64,000 nucleotides of DNA. Source: an uncultured delta proteobacterium (lineage in GTDB: Bacteria > Desulfobacterota > Desulfomonilia > Desulfomonilales > Desulfomonilaceae). A program made the translations under genes and the position numbers. The notes beneath the pieces are model-generated. The model saw only the letters and a list, made by a program, of their open reading frames with translations. It was not told where the DNA came from and did not search any database. Shown in pieces: positions 30,331-41,354 of this stretch (position 1 is the first letter of the stretch; every line of letters starts with the position of its first letter). Where the stretch lies: NCBI GenBank assembly GCA_963789265.1, contig CAWBKB010000006.1, forward strand, positions 1-64,000, in the 5' to 3' direction.

Positions 30331-32158
30331 ATGACTAAGCACCATGTTCCTGATGTCAGGTTCCTCATGGGGAACGAGGCCATCGGACGAGGCATCATCG
30401 AGGCAGGATGCACCGTCGCGGCAGCGTATCCCGGTACCCCCTCGTCTGAAGTCCTCGAATCCCTCGTACGGTGGAAAAAGGAACTCGGCCATCCCATCTA
30501 CCTGGAGTGGTCCATAAACGAAAAAGTCGCCTTTGAAGTGGCTTATGGAGCTTCGCTCGCGGGTGCGCGTTCTATCGCGGCCATGAAAATGGTCGGGCTG
30601 AACGTGGCATCGGATCCCGTCATGAGCGCGGCTTACCTGGGGGTTAGAGGCGGGCTGGTTGTGGTTGTGGCGGACGATCCCGGGCCGCATTCCAGTCAGA
30701 CCGAACAAGACAGCCGCTTCTTCGGCTGGTTCGCCAAGGTGCCGGTTCTGGACCCGGGCACGCCGGCAGAAGCCTTGGAAATGACTGTGAGAGCCTTCGA
30801 CCTTTCCGAAAAGTACCAGGTGCCGGTCCTTCTGAGACCCTGCTTGAGAGTTTGCCATGCCCGCCAAAACGTGTCGTTAGGTCCTCCTCGGCCTCCCGCG
30901 GACGTGGGGCCGTTCAAGAAGAACTGGACCAGATGGGCTGCCATACCACGCTACCGCCTTGTCCTTCACGGTGAGCTGAATGAAAAGCTTGAGACAATAA
31001 GGCATGAAGTTCCCGAAGCTCGGCCTGTGCTTATATCCCAGGGTTCAGGCAATGCAACGGCATTGATAACCTCGGGTTCGGTCTCGTCCCACGTGAGGGA
31101 TATTGTGGCTTCCGATCCCCGGCTGGACGACGTGGCAGTCTACAAGGTTGACCTTCCTTTTCCCACTGATCTTCACGCTATGCAACAAATCGTGGACACG
31201 CACCACCGTACGCTTATAGTGGAAGAGACTTATCCGGTGCTGGAACTTCAAATTCAGGACAGGCGCAACGTCATGGGCAGACTTTCCGGTCATGTTCCGC
31301 CGCAAGGTGAACTCACGCCTGAAGTTGTGGAGGAGATAATACTGAAGGCAATAGGGGAACAGCCGGCTGCGCTGGAACCTCCCAAAACCAAACCTCGCCG
31401 TCCCTCTTTGTGTCCAGGGTGTCCCCATCGGCCTGCGTTCTACATGATCAAACAGGTCTTCGATCAGGCGGTCTTCACGGGTGACATAGGCTGTTATACC
31501 TTAGGGATCAATATGGGAGCAGTGGATACATGTCTGTGCATGGGGGCCTCCATAGGAATGGCGGGCGGTCTTGCCCGTACACCTGTGCGCGACGGTGAGA
31601 CCAAAGTCGTTGCCACCATTGGTGATTCCACATTTTATCATGCAGGAGTTCCCGCCCTCATCAATGCAGTCCACACCAGAGCTGCATTTGTCCTGATGAT
31701 TATGGATAATAACATTACGGCCATGACTGGAGGCCAACCGACTCCTGCGCATGATTTCCTTGCCGATGGCTCTCCGGGAGTTCCGATCAGCCTCGAAAGG
31801 CTTGTGAAAGGATGCGGCGTCGACTTTCTCGAGGTAATCGATCCCTACGACGGGACGAACATGCACGATGCTCTGCAAAGGGCAAAGGATTACACCTTTC
31901 AAGAAAACAAGGGGGTTTCGGTGATCATCGCCAGACGCCCCTGCGTCCGCCGCGCCGAACGTGGAACTTTCATCGGCAAAATTCCGAGTAACGGATGATT
32001 GCGATTTGTGCATGAGCTGCATAAAGGATCTGGAGTGCCCGGCCTTTCACTTTGTAAAGGAAGAGAAAAAGATGAGGATTGACGCGGATCTCTGCGCGGG
32101 CTGCGGCTTCTGCGTTCAGATCTGCCCATCCCGAGCCGTAAGGCCTGAAGGTCATTGA
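30331..32158 (+). CDS. iorA: Indolepyruvate:ferredoxin oxidoreductase alpha subunit; frameshift before the C-terminal ferredoxin domain
   Basis: GNEAIGRG, YPGTPSSE, NEKVAFE, SSQTEQD, LCPGCPHR, GDIGC, GDSTFYH. The 4Fe-4S tail (CDLCMSC..CP; CAGCGFCVQICP) lies in ORF 31961..32158. Confidence 0.92.
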
Positions 32159-32160
32159 TC

Positions 32161-32667
32161 ATGGTTGAACTGGTTCTCTGCGGTAGAGGCGGCCAGGGAA
32201 TTGTTTTTCTGACACGCCAAATAGGTCAAATAGCCACAGCCAAAGGGCTAAACGTCATCTCCTCCGAGACTCACGGCATGGCGGTCCGGGGAGGCTCCAT
32301 CAACTCTCATCTGAGAATAGGGCCGTTCTTCTCATCGCTTATTCGGGCCGGACATGCGGACTTCCTGCTTTCTTTGGATCCTTCTGAAACGGCCAACAAC
32401 AGTCATTACCTTAAACCCAAGGGCCTAACAGTGGAAAATTCCATCGCAGAGGACAGCCCTAACGTCAGACGCGTTGATGCGGCGGCCATCGCACGAAACC
32501 TCGGGCGCGTTCAATTAGAAAACGTAGTTCTCCTCGGATTTGTGGCCACACTCGAGAGTTTTCCAGTCACTGTTGCAGAAGTCCGCGCACATCTTGAACA
32601 GGAGCCCAGGGAAAACGTGAGGGCTATGAACCTCGCTGCCCTGGAAGCCGGAATCGGGGCCGCGTAA
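32161..32667 (+). CDS. iorB: Indolepyruvate oxidoreductase beta subunit (POR gamma family)
   Basis: GRGGQG, SETHGMAVRGGS and NVVLLG motifs; directly follows iorA. Confidence 0.88.
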   Translation: MVELVLCGRGGQGIVFLTRQIGQIATAKGLNVISSETHGMAVRGGSINSHLRIGPFFSSLIRAGHADFLLSLDPSETANNSHYLKPKGLTVENSIAEDSPNVRRVDAAAIARNLGRVQLENVVLLGFVATLESFPVTVAEVRAHLEQEPRENVRAMNLAALEAGIGAA

Positions 32668-33001
32668 GAGGACTCTGCCGGGCGACGGAATAATCCTGTT
32701 CATGCCTAAGGGAACCGGGGGCAGCGGAACGCCATCTTGTTGACGGCTATTGTCTATGTAGACCGATGGAGGGAATCTATTCACTGGTTCGGGGGCAACG
32801 AGCCGCTCCAGCCGGCGTCATTTCGAGTCGCCGGACGAAGCAATCTGTTTCGTTGAATGGGAGAGAATTAAGATTGTTTCGTGGCGTTGCTCCACGCTTT
32901 GACGGGCCCTCGCAGAAGTGATTGCTCTAAAAAGAGGCGACATGCTGCTTGACCTGGATCTTCAAAAGCCTTACCCTGTGTGAAAGTGATGAGGAGACAC
33001 C

Positions 33002-33262
33002 GTGGGGATTGAGGAAGTACTGCTGGGGCTAGCGGATCGTGTACTGGATTTCGATGAGGCTTCGCTCGCTCAGCTTCAGGAAAAATACTTGAAGAAGGTT
33101 TCCGAGTTCTCGCCGACTCGGGATTGGGAACGATCCATTGTAGTGTACTTCCTGATCAATTCCGTGCGTGTGAAGAACAAGATTTTCAACGAAAAGGTAA
33201 AGGGGGCCGATCCGCCCGATCCCCCAAAATCTACTAAAAATACTCTTAAAATCGTAAAATAG
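33002..33262 (+). CDS. Conserved hypothetical protein
   Basis: FDEASL..L..KY...V..FSPTRDWE...INSVRVKN motif; GAGGAG RBS. Confidence 0.75.
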   Translation: MGIEEVLLGLADRVLDFDEASLAQLQEKYLKKVSEFSPTRDWERSIVVYFLINSVRVKNKIFNEKVKGADPPDPPKSTKNTLKIVK

Positions 33263-33499
33263 GTGGAATGAATCAACTATTGAAGTAGGAAGTTATCGCA
33301 TCTGGTTGAGATCAAACCAGCTTCAAAAATTCAAAAATCCTTTTTTCGCCTTGATTTTCTTACGAGAAAAAGTATAATATAGACGGTGATATCTGTGGGT
33401 AGTTCGAGCGACAACTAAGGATTGATTCGGCACAGCCGAGCCCTTGCTGGATAAAAAGGAGCTTCATGCCGAACTGCTCTTCTCCAAAGGAGAATCGCT

Positions 33500-34999
33500 A
33501 TGCGACGAAGATGGATAACCCTTATAAGCGCTGCGGTAGTGTTGGTGCTCATGGTCGCCCCGGCATTCGGGCAGGGGGCCGCCGGTAATCAGACCAACTC
33601 GTACGGTTATGGGCGCTCTACTCTGATGCAAACCCCTTCCGGGAGCTTCAATGGCAACCAACCGCCTGTTTATTATCCGTACTGGTCAAACTACCTGGAT
33701 AGAATGCAGCAAGAGGGAGGGTATTTAGCGGTGACCGGCAACTACCCGGGGTCGGCACCGATCACCAGCTACTATCCGGCATCCGAGAACAGCCAGGCAA
33801 CTTCGCCGCCGCAGAATGCAAGTCGATCCGACATATATTATAATCCTTCCGAATATTACGCCAACCAGGGCGGAGCGGCGTATCAGGCCCCTGTTGCGAC
33901 CGGACAAGCTGTTTCGGGAAGCCGGCAGAGCGCCGGGACATCGGGCAAGAAACGGCGATTGAGCATGAAAAAGCACCATAAGCATGCTCAGCAACAGGCC
34001 TATCAGCCGCAACAGGCCTATCAGCAGCAACAGGCATATCAGCCGCAACAGGCTTATCAGCAGCAACAGGCTTATCAGCAGCAACAGGCTTATCAGCAGC
34101 AACAGGCTTATCAGCAGCAACAGCAAGCCTATCAGCAACAGCCACAGAATAGTTACCAACAGCAGCAGCCTTATCAGCAACAACCCGGAGCATATCCTGC
34201 CGGCCAGGAAGCTTCTTATCAGCAGCAGGGCTACGGGCAGGCGGCACAGCCTCAGGCGGCACAGCCACAGGCTGGAGAGGCACAGGGGACATACTATAGT
34301 TCGGATCCCGCGGTGCGGGCTGCTCAACAAAAATCCTACGAGCGCGCGGTTGCCCGACAACGTGCGGCTGAACTGGCGGCTCAGCAACAGGCGGCCACCC
34401 AAGAGCTGACCCAGGCGCAACAGCAGTATCAAGTGGCTCAGCAAAAAGTTAGGGAACAACAGGCAAAGCAGCAGGCCCTACAGGCTGAATATCACAAGAA
34501 GGCGGTGGCCAATGCCTACGAGAGCTTGCGGTCTGCGCAGCAGAGGTACTACGACCTGATGGGGGTTTCCGGTGAAACCGGCAGACCTGCTCGACCAGGC
34601 AACCAAGCACAGGCAGGTGCTACTCAGATGCCGACGCAGCAGCCGACCCTTCAGTACCCGCAAATGGCGGCGAATCAGCAACAGCAACAGTACGGTCAGT
34701 CGGCCCAGCGCTATCAAAGAGGGCAGCCCCAGTATCCTTCGCAGGCCCCTACTGCACCTACTGCAGGCGGCCCTACGCCTGTCCAGCAGGGCATAACCCC
34801 ATATCAGGCCCCGCCGCCCGGACGGGCGACTCCCCTGCGCGTTCAGGGTCAACAGCAACAGCAGGCTGAGAGCGGAGGCGGGTTGTGGGCTACTCTCAAG
34901 GAGATTTTTGCCGCGCCGACTACCATTGGGGGCCAGCCGCAAGGCAACATGTTCGGCGCACGAGGTAGGGGGCCGGCCGGCCCTGGCCCGAATATGTGA
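33500..34999 (+). CDS. Secreted Gln/Ala/Tyr-rich low-complexity protein
   Basis: Signal peptide (APAFG), (QQQAY)n repeats, coiled coil, AAGGAG RBS, upstream TTGATT/TATAAT, downstream terminator. Confidence 0.8.
   Translation: MRRRWITLISAAVVLVLMVAPAFGQGAAGNQTNSYGYGRSTLMQTPSGSFNGNQPPVYYPYWSNYLDRMQQEGGYLAVTGNYPGSAPITSYYPASENSQATSPPQNASRSDIYYNPSEYYANQGGAAYQAPVATGQAVSGSRQSAGTSGKKRRLSMKKHHKHAQQQAYQPQQAYQQQQAYQPQQAYQQQQAYQQQQAYQQQQAYQQQQQAYQQQPQNSYQQQQPYQQQPGAYPAGQEASYQQQGYGQAAQPQAAQPQAGEAQGTYYSSDPAVRAAQQKSYERAVARQRAAELAAQQQAATQELTQAQQQYQVAQQKVREQQAKQQALQAEYHKKAVANAYESLRSAQQRYYDLMGVSGETGRPARPGNQAQAGATQMPTQQPTLQYPQMAANQQQQQYGQSAQRYQRGQPQYPSQAPTAPTAGGPTPVQQGITPYQAPPPGRATPLRVQGQQQQQAESGGGLWATLKEIFAAPTTIGGQPQGNMFGARGRGPAGPGPNM
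33988..34140 (+). repeat. 15-bp coding tandem repeat (CAGCAACAGGCTTAT-like)
   Basis: About nine imperfect units encoding QQQAY/QPQQAY. Confidence 0.9.
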
Positions 35000-35023
35000 C
35001 AAGATCAGCCTGAACAGTTTGGC

Positions 35024-35054
35024 AAGTCCGGTCGAAAGATCGGACTTTTTTTTT
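35024..35054 (+). terminator. Rho-independent terminator
   Basis: AAGTCCGGTC-GAAA-GATCGGACTT followed by a T-run. Confidence 0.85.
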
Positions 35055-35111
35055 CCGGATTGTCGATGCTTAAACGGAAGGCCCCCCCAACGGCCGGGAC
35101 GACATTGGACT

Positions 35112-36910
35112 CTATTGGCTCCCGACTACTTCGTGTTGCTGATGATAAGTCCTCTGTATCATGTCATTTAGAAAGCGCTCAGGGTTTTGAACAGCTTCCC
35201 GCGGTATGACGAATTCGTGCTCCTTGGTTCGTTCCATGACGAGCTTTAGGCCGTGATGGTAATTCTGGAAAATTTTACGACACACTATCAAAGCTTCTTC
35301 CGAACCGTTCAGCACCAATCCTATCAATTCTTGAAGAGCGTCCTGGGAGAATCGGATCTTAAGTTCGTAGAGGCCCTCAAACTCTTTCTCAAACGCGTGG
35401 ATCTCCGCCTCCACTTTGACAAAACGCTTATAGACCGTTTCCGGAGTGAGACCTTGCTTCATGGAAGCATCTACAATCGCTTCCAGTGCCCAATCATTGG
35501 CCGATTTACCACAGGCCCTTTCGAATTCCGCGCACCTGGATTGCAATTCCTCAAGTAGTTCTGCCCTCTCCTGGGCATCAATCTGTTCGAAAATTTCGCA
35601 TCTGGAAGGATGGGACTCGTCTTCAAGAAACTCTTGCAGAAGCTTTCTTGGATCCTCGACCAACTCTTCGGTGACGGCCAGACGCGTGATATCTGTTGAG
35701 GGCGGTACCTCTTTCAAAGCTTACGAGGATCTTCTCCATCGCGCTTATTAGAGCCCGCGCCCCGGTTTTTTGGTGGTGCGCAAGCTCGGCTACCTTCCTC
35801 AATGCCTCGTCTTTGAACCGGATGTCTATTCCGTAAGCCTTGAAATCCTGTTTCTTGGCCGTCACAACCGAGGAATAGCGGTTCTTCAAGATCTTGTACA
35901 AATCTTCTTCTTCAAGATCGTCTAGCACCGCGACGACAGGCAGGCGTCCGACAAATTCCGACTCGAAACCATATTCGATCAGGTCTTCCGCTCTGACCTC
36001 CCGCAAAAGGTCGGTCCTGCTTTCTTTTGATTTGAGGCTTGCTCCGAAGCCTAGTCCCTTCACGCGACAGTCGCTTGGAAATGATTTCATCCAGCCCGTT
36101 GAACGCTCCGGAAACTATGAAAAGAATATCCCGAGTGTTTATTGTCCGCTTCAGCCGCTTCCCTGTTTTTTGAAAATGAGCCGCAGCCTCCATAAGGGAT
36201 ACCGGATCATGAGCCACCTTAAGATCGACCTCGGTTTCCTCCATCGGCTTGAGCAGATTCCTCTGAACGCCGGTTCGCGACACATCAATCCCTATTATAT
36301 TTCCTGAAGAAGCAATTTTGTCGATTTCATCTACATATATGATTCCGTACCGGGCCTTTTCGATGTCACCGTCCGCTTCTTGCACCAGATCGCGGACAAG
36401 ATCCTCCACATCGCCTCCAACATAGCCTGTTTCGCTGAACTTTGTTGCGTCGCCTTTTACGAAAGGCACGCCTATTTTGCGGGCGATGAGCTTGATCAGA
36501 TAGGTCTTGCCCACGCCGGTCGGGCCGATAAGGATCATATTATTCTTTATTCTTCCTATTCCTTCGCGATCCTCATCCTCTCCTTTCTGTTGAAAATAAC
36601 GAATCCGGTTAAAATGGGTGCATATCTTGGTGGAAAGGATTTCTTTCGCTGAGTCCTGACGTATAACAAAACGGTCCAGATACTCATGGAGTTCCGCGGG
36701 CTTCATATCGAAGCGGATGTGGGATGGCTCTACATCCTGTTTAACCGTTGCCCCGCCGCCGGTCTCTTCTGCACCGGGCCACGGACCGATCTGAGTTCCC
36801 ATAACACGTATGCGATTACCGTACTTGTTAGCCAGAAACTCATTTATTTCTTTTTCGATCTCTTTCGGATCAGGCAAATTCGATCCCCTGGTTTCATCTT
36901 TATCATTCAT
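35112..36910 (-). CDS. ClpX-like AAA+ ATPase lacking the Zn-binding domain, with C-terminal extension; two apparent frameshifts
   Basis: IGPTGVGKT, GDATKFSETGYVGGDVE, DEIDK, DVSRTGVQRNLLK, LGF loop, EFVGRLP and TGARAL spread over ORFs 35912..36910, 35623..36090 and 35112..35717. Confidence 0.85.
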
Positions 36911-37155
36911 GATTTCGACCCTTCCGAAGTCCTGAACCTCGTAATCGTCAATTCCATTGTAGTTTTTAATATATGTACTAGGCCCCCAAAGGTCAATCCT
37001 CTCACAACACTCTCGGGAATCCCATTACTATGGTTGACTTTCCGGGCTGAGCTGACATAAGTACTTGGATCGGCATTGCCTAATATAGTCATTACAGGCG
37101 GTTGTCAAAACGGCCACCTAACGCCACTTCTTGAGTTTTTAAATTGTGGGGTACC

Positions 37156-38106
37156 ATGAAGATTGTGTTTTGCGGCGAAACGTTTCCCAGAGCACCCCGG
37201 ATGCTTAAAGCCCTCCTCCCTGACGATGAGATCGTCGCGTCTCCCACCGGTCGGGTCGTCAAACAAGGGTTGACTGCCGATGTGATTGTTCCCCTTATGC
37301 ACCGCCTGGAGCCCGAGTTGATCCAAAATACGGCGGCCCGACTGATACATCAATGGGGCGTGGGGCTCGAAGGGGTGGATATCCCGGCCGCTACGGCGCG
37401 GGGGATACTTGTGTGCAATGTGCCGGGAGACGCGACAGCCAATGCCGATTCCACCGCCGAGCACGCGATCTTTCTCATGATGGGCCTGGCAAGGCGTATA
37501 CACGAATGTTTCACGGCTTTTCACGAAGGGATCTGGGGCGCCCCTATCGGCGAGGCTCTCTTTGGCAACACAGTGCTGATTGTGGGTCTGGGAAGGGTGG
37601 GTATGGCCCTCGCTCGCAAGCTGACGGCCCTAGGCATGACCGTTGAGGCGATCACTCGCACCTTCGACCCTGAGATGGAGAGGGCGCTAGGCGTCAAGAG
37701 AACCGCGAATCTTTCAGGCATGCGCGAGATGGCATCAAGAGCAGACTTTGTAGTATCTACCATCGCTCTAACCGAAGAGACGAGAAATCTTTTCGATCGC
37801 GAATTATTCCAATCAATGAAGAAGACCGCGTTCGTAGTCAACGTGTCAAGAGGCCCCGTAGTGAATGAACATGATTTACTCCGTGCGCTCGATCAAAGAA
37901 CAATAGCCGGTGCGGGGTTGGATGTTTACTCACGCGAGCCGCTGGATCCTACGAGCCCGCTTCTGTCGAGAAAGGATCTCCTCGTCACGCCGCACATCGC
38001 CGGCGCAACAAGGCAGAACTACGAGGGCATAGCGCGTATTGTCGCGGACAACATGCGGCTCTTCAAAAAAGGAGAAACTCCCTGCCACTGCGTAAATGCG
38101 CGATGA
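37156..38106 (+). CDS. D-isomer-specific 2-hydroxyacid dehydrogenase
   Basis: STAEHA, VGLGRVG, NVSRG, GAGLDV..EP and TPHIAG motifs. Confidence 0.92.
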   Translation: MKIVFCGETFPRAPRMLKALLPDDEIVASPTGRVVKQGLTADVIVPLMHRLEPELIQNTAARLIHQWGVGLEGVDIPAATARGILVCNVPGDATANADSTAEHAIFLMMGLARRIHECFTAFHEGIWGAPIGEALFGNTVLIVGLGRVGMALARKLTALGMTVEAITRTFDPEMERALGVKRTANLSGMREMASRADFVVSTIALTEETRNLFDRELFQSMKKTAFVVNVSRGPVVNEHDLLRALDQRTIAGAGLDVYSREPLDPTSPLLSRKDLLVTPHIAGATRQNYEGIARIVADNMRLFKKGETPCHCVNAR

Positions 38107-38190
38107 AACGACATCCGACCGACATCTGTAGTGAACTGCATTGAAAACCGGGCTTAGCAACTGAGCACCGCGTGGCGTGCCCCCATGTTA

Positions 38191-38353
38191 TAGCCATTGC
38201 CAAAAGCAATGACCCGTTCACCGCCCGTCACCCCGGCGAAAGCCGGGGTCCAGTCCCGCGAGGAACGCGGGATTGAAAGAACTGGATTCCGGCTTCCGCC
38301 GGAATGACGGTGTGAGGCTAACTTCAATCGGATAAAACTTTTGGCAATGGGTA
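38191..38353. mobile_element. MITE with TA flanks (IS630-like) carrying a REP doublet
   Basis: TIRs TAGCCATTGCCAAAAG / CTTTTGGCAATGGGTA (15/16 match) flanked by TA; internal GTCACCCCGGCGAAAGCCGGGG...CCGGAATGAC. Confidence 0.7.
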
Positions 38354-38450
38354 TACATGCAGCACGGCCGTATCGAAGTACAAAAGCCCGGCATGCTACC
38401 TGCGTTCCCAAAATCAGGTATGATGCGATTCTCAGTGCCGCCGCCATAGG

Positions 38451-39560
38451 TTACGAGGTTTCCTCGGGCGCGGCTTGCTCCGTCAATGTACGAGGATGAG
38501 ACCCGTCCCTGTCAAGCATCTTCAGGAACTTGCCTATAAGCTTTCCCGTCAGATCCTTTTTTTCCGATTCAGTCATGCCTGCAACCGGAATCTGGCCGCC
38601 GGCCATCTCCTTGTGGCCCCCAGCAGATCCCGCCTTGCCCACCAGTCTGCGAATGGCCGCGCCGGCCCTGTGAATTCTCGACGTTGATCTCATTGAAAGG
38701 ATCAGCGCGTTCTTGTGCTCACCCAAGCACAAGGACCAGCTCACACCTTCAAGACGCAAAAGGAGATCGGCCAACTCGGGGATAATGGCCGCAGAATTAA
38801 TCTTCCCCAAACATGAAATCGCGACGTCCCGGTAAACAGTTGTTCGAGCCAGTCCTCTCTCGTAGTCTACAAAGTACTCGGCGGAAAGGGCCGGGCGCTC
38901 GATACCTGCGACCACGCGAGGGTTGGTCAGAGGCGACAGGTAGCTGAATGCATTAAAATCTGCCTTCGAGGTCGCCCTAAGCAGGGAACTGGTGTCCGTC
39001 TTAATACCATACAGTAGGGCATTGGCAAGTGACCGTGTGGGAGGTACGTCCGCGGCCACGAGATACTCCGTTATTATAGTGGATGTGGCACCGTATGTGG
39101 TACGAATATCGTGAAACGCTGCCTTGAAAGAATGCTTGCGCACGGGATGATGATCGATCACGATCAAAGGGGCTTCGCTCCGAGAGTCCAAAAGGTTGTT
39201 TCCGGTCCCCGGCTGAGCATCGACAAGAGCGACTCCAAAGTACTTGGACGCGTCGGCGCGTGACAGTTGCGTTGTCTTGATCCGCAGCCTCAGGATCATT
39301 GCCTTGTTCTCTGAGCGTGTGACCATGCCGCCATAGCCTATGACGGACCGGATCCCGAACTTTTTCAAAACCAGAAACTGGAAACCGTAAGCACTTGCTA
39401 TTGTATCGGGATCAGGATTGTTGTGGCATAATATCAACAGGCGCTTGCGCCCCGCCCCTTCAAGGACGGCTGCCAGATCGTTGAGTTTGCACGAGGATCT
39501 GCCGACGTCCCACTTTAGGGAATTCAGAACTCCGAAAGTTTGCCCTGATATTTTGGTCAA
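38451..39560 (-). CDS. DHH family phosphoesterase
   Basis: H.NPDPD, VD, IDHH, GATSTI, GIKTDT and GGH..AGG motifs. Confidence 0.92.
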   Translation of the reverse strand: MTKISGQTFGVLNSLKWDVGRSSCKLNDLAAVLEGAGRKRLLILCHNNPDPDTIASAYGFQFLVLKKFGIRSVIGYGGMVTRSENKAMILRLRIKTTQLSRADASKYFGVALVDAQPGTGNNLLDSRSEAPLIVIDHHPVRKHSFKAAFHDIRTTYGATSTIITEYLVAADVPPTRSLANALLYGIKTDTSSLLRATSKADFNAFSYLSPLTNPRVVAGIERPALSAEYFVDYERGLARTTVYRDVAISCLGKINSAAIIPELADLLLRLEGVSWSLCLGEHKNALILSMRSTSRIHRAGAAIRRLVGKAGSAGGHKEMAGGQIPVAGMTESEKKDLTGKLIGKFLKMLDRDGSHPRTLTEQAAPEETS

Positions 39561-39618
39561 GATTCTTCCGGGTTGAATGGTTTCGAGTTCGAGTTGCGTT
39601 GTTCTTCGCCTTCTAGAG

Positions 39619-41193
39619 TCACTCCTCTGGGTTCTCGTCGTTAAACGATGCCATCATCTTGCGGACGAGACGTTCATTGAGCACCATACCTCGAATTACC
39701 CCCCTGGAGCGTGCATAGCGATTTTCAATAAAAGCTTCGAGCTTGAGGTTTCTCTTCTCAGGGACTGTCATTATTCCCATCATGGTCAGCGTTTCCCCCG
39801 GAGGAGCCATAGTGTTCAAATCGGGAAACTCAGTACCCGTGAGTATCGGCATGAGCCTCTGTCCTTTGAGGAGCTTCAAGACCATGAATGCAGCGAACTG
39901 GGCCACCGCTTCCATTTGGAGGTGTCCCCCGAAAAGCGGCATACCTACGAAATGGTCCTTCAGTATAGGATTTTCGTCGGGTGTAGGGACCGTGAACCTG
40001 GCGAATCCCAGGAAGCCGTCATATATGTCACCTTGCTCCATTATGACTCGATCAAGAAAGAGGAAGTTCTCCCCGTACATGCTCAGTGTGCGCCGTATCT
40101 CATCTCTTTCATAGCACGTCCACTTGCGGTTGACCGGGGCCTTGCGAGGTGTTTCTTCACGCTGCTTTGCAGTGCCGATAGAGGTACATCCGGTGAGGTC
40201 TCCATAGTGGACCTGACGTACGTCCCCCGGCTGATAACGCCCACCTGAAATGAATTCTCTCACAACAATGATACCGGAGGCTTCCAGCACAAACTCGGAA
40301 ATCGTCCTCACTCCCTCCCTGAGAACTGAGAAAGACCCGTCTTTTCTCAGCCTGGAGAAGAACTTCTCCACAGTTTGGGAAAGCCTTCCGAGGTCCGAAG
40401 AACTCGCAATCGAACGCCATTCTTCCTCGAGAAATCTCTTCGAATCCTCCAGGAGCCGATTCCAGCCGCGAAGTCCGGCAAGCGATCGCTCCATCCTGGA
40501 GAATGCAGGCGCCAGGTCTTCGGAGATTCCCGACGTCTGCTGAAGATCTTGAAGATAGTTGTGGATGACCGCGATCTCAATGCCCGTGAAGAACTGAGAT
40601 GACTGGGTCCAGGCTTCGGGCAGCGCAGCAACCAGGGTTCGTTTTCCTTGACGGGCTAAACGCACGGCCAGATCTTCAAGGTGCTTTTTGGTATGAGAAA
40701 TGAAGTAGGGCAAGTCCCCGCGGTAAGTGAGGGCCATGAACTGCGTGTCTTCGTTAGTGAGGCCCGACAAGCCGCTTACCGTGTCGGAAAAGGAGTCGGC
40801 ATTGACATAGTAGACATTTCTTTTCACTGTCGTGGCCAGGTCAAAGAAGGTCTGCTTCCCCTTGAAGATGTCACCCACTGCCTTCATGACCGATGGCTGC
40901 CTGGGGAATCCACCGGCGACCGTATGTATGACGGCGTCGAGCCGCATTACACCCCTGTCCCTTAGTCGACCTTCGATCAGCGCTAAGTCGTCGAAAACCC
41001 GGCACCTCTTGTCAAAACTGTACCGGAGAGGTACGTCTATAAGCGTTGTACCCAGTTCCGTGAAGACAGCCCGTTCGCGTGGATCTTCGGGGTTCAGAGA
41101 AGTGCCGAAGACTTCAGCGCCCGCTGACACAGCGGCTTTAGCAATTCCCGCCCCATAGCCGCCTTCACGAGCGCCGATAATAAGAATATTCAT
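39619..41193 (-). CDS. Fusion of FabV/TER-like enoyl reductase and FabZ-like 3-hydroxyacyl-ACP dehydratase
   Basis: N-part: ILIIGAREGGYG, LDAVIHTVA, ALTYRG..Y..KKHLE, TQSS. C-part: FLFLDRV, DHFVGMPLFGG, MEAVAQ, PGETL. Confidence 0.7.
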   Translation of the reverse strand: MNILIIGAREGGYGAGIAKAAVSAGAEVFGTSLNPEDPRERAVFTELGTTLIDVPLRYSFDKRCRVFDDLALIEGRLRDRGVMRLDAVIHTVAGGFPRQPSVMKAVGDIFKGKQTFFDLATTVKRNVYYVNADSFSDTVSGLSGLTNEDTQFMALTYRGDLPYFISHTKKHLEDLAVRLARQGKRTLVAALPEAWTQSSQFFTGIEIAVIHNYLQDLQQTSGISEDLAPAFSRMERSLAGLRGWNRLLEDSKRFLEEEWRSIASSSDLGRLSQTVEKFFSRLRKDGSFSVLREGVRTISEFVLEASGIIVVREFISGGRYQPGDVRQVHYGDLTGCTSIGTAKQREETPRKAPVNRKWTCYERDEIRRTLSMYGENFLFLDRVIMEQGDIYDGFLGFARFTVPTPDENPILKDHFVGMPLFGGHLQMEAVAQFAAFMVLKLLKGQRLMPILTGTEFPDLNTMAPPGETLTMMGIMTVPEKRNLKLEAFIENRYARSRGVIRGMVLNERLVRKMMASFNDENPEE

Positions 41194-41354
41194 TCCGTTG
41201 AGCATGGAATTAAACCTTGGTTTACATGTGTCGTGCGCGTTCGACCTATGAAAATACAATACGCACTTAATGCAGTCAATGCGAGGGCGCCACGCAAAAT
41301 TAGCTTTTGGTTGGATGCACGAAGGACAAGATCCCCGGAAGATCTTGTCGTAAG

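Noticed and set aside
33988..34140. Tandem repeats as a CRISPR array
   Set aside because: The 15-bp units are in-frame coding repeats without unique spacers, and no cas genes are present.
33725..34459. Leu-rich antisense ORFs over the Q-rich gene, and long antisense ORFs over the ankyrin, carboxyltransferase and yebC genes
   Set aside because: These are shadow frames produced by repeats and codon bias of the real genes on the opposite strand.
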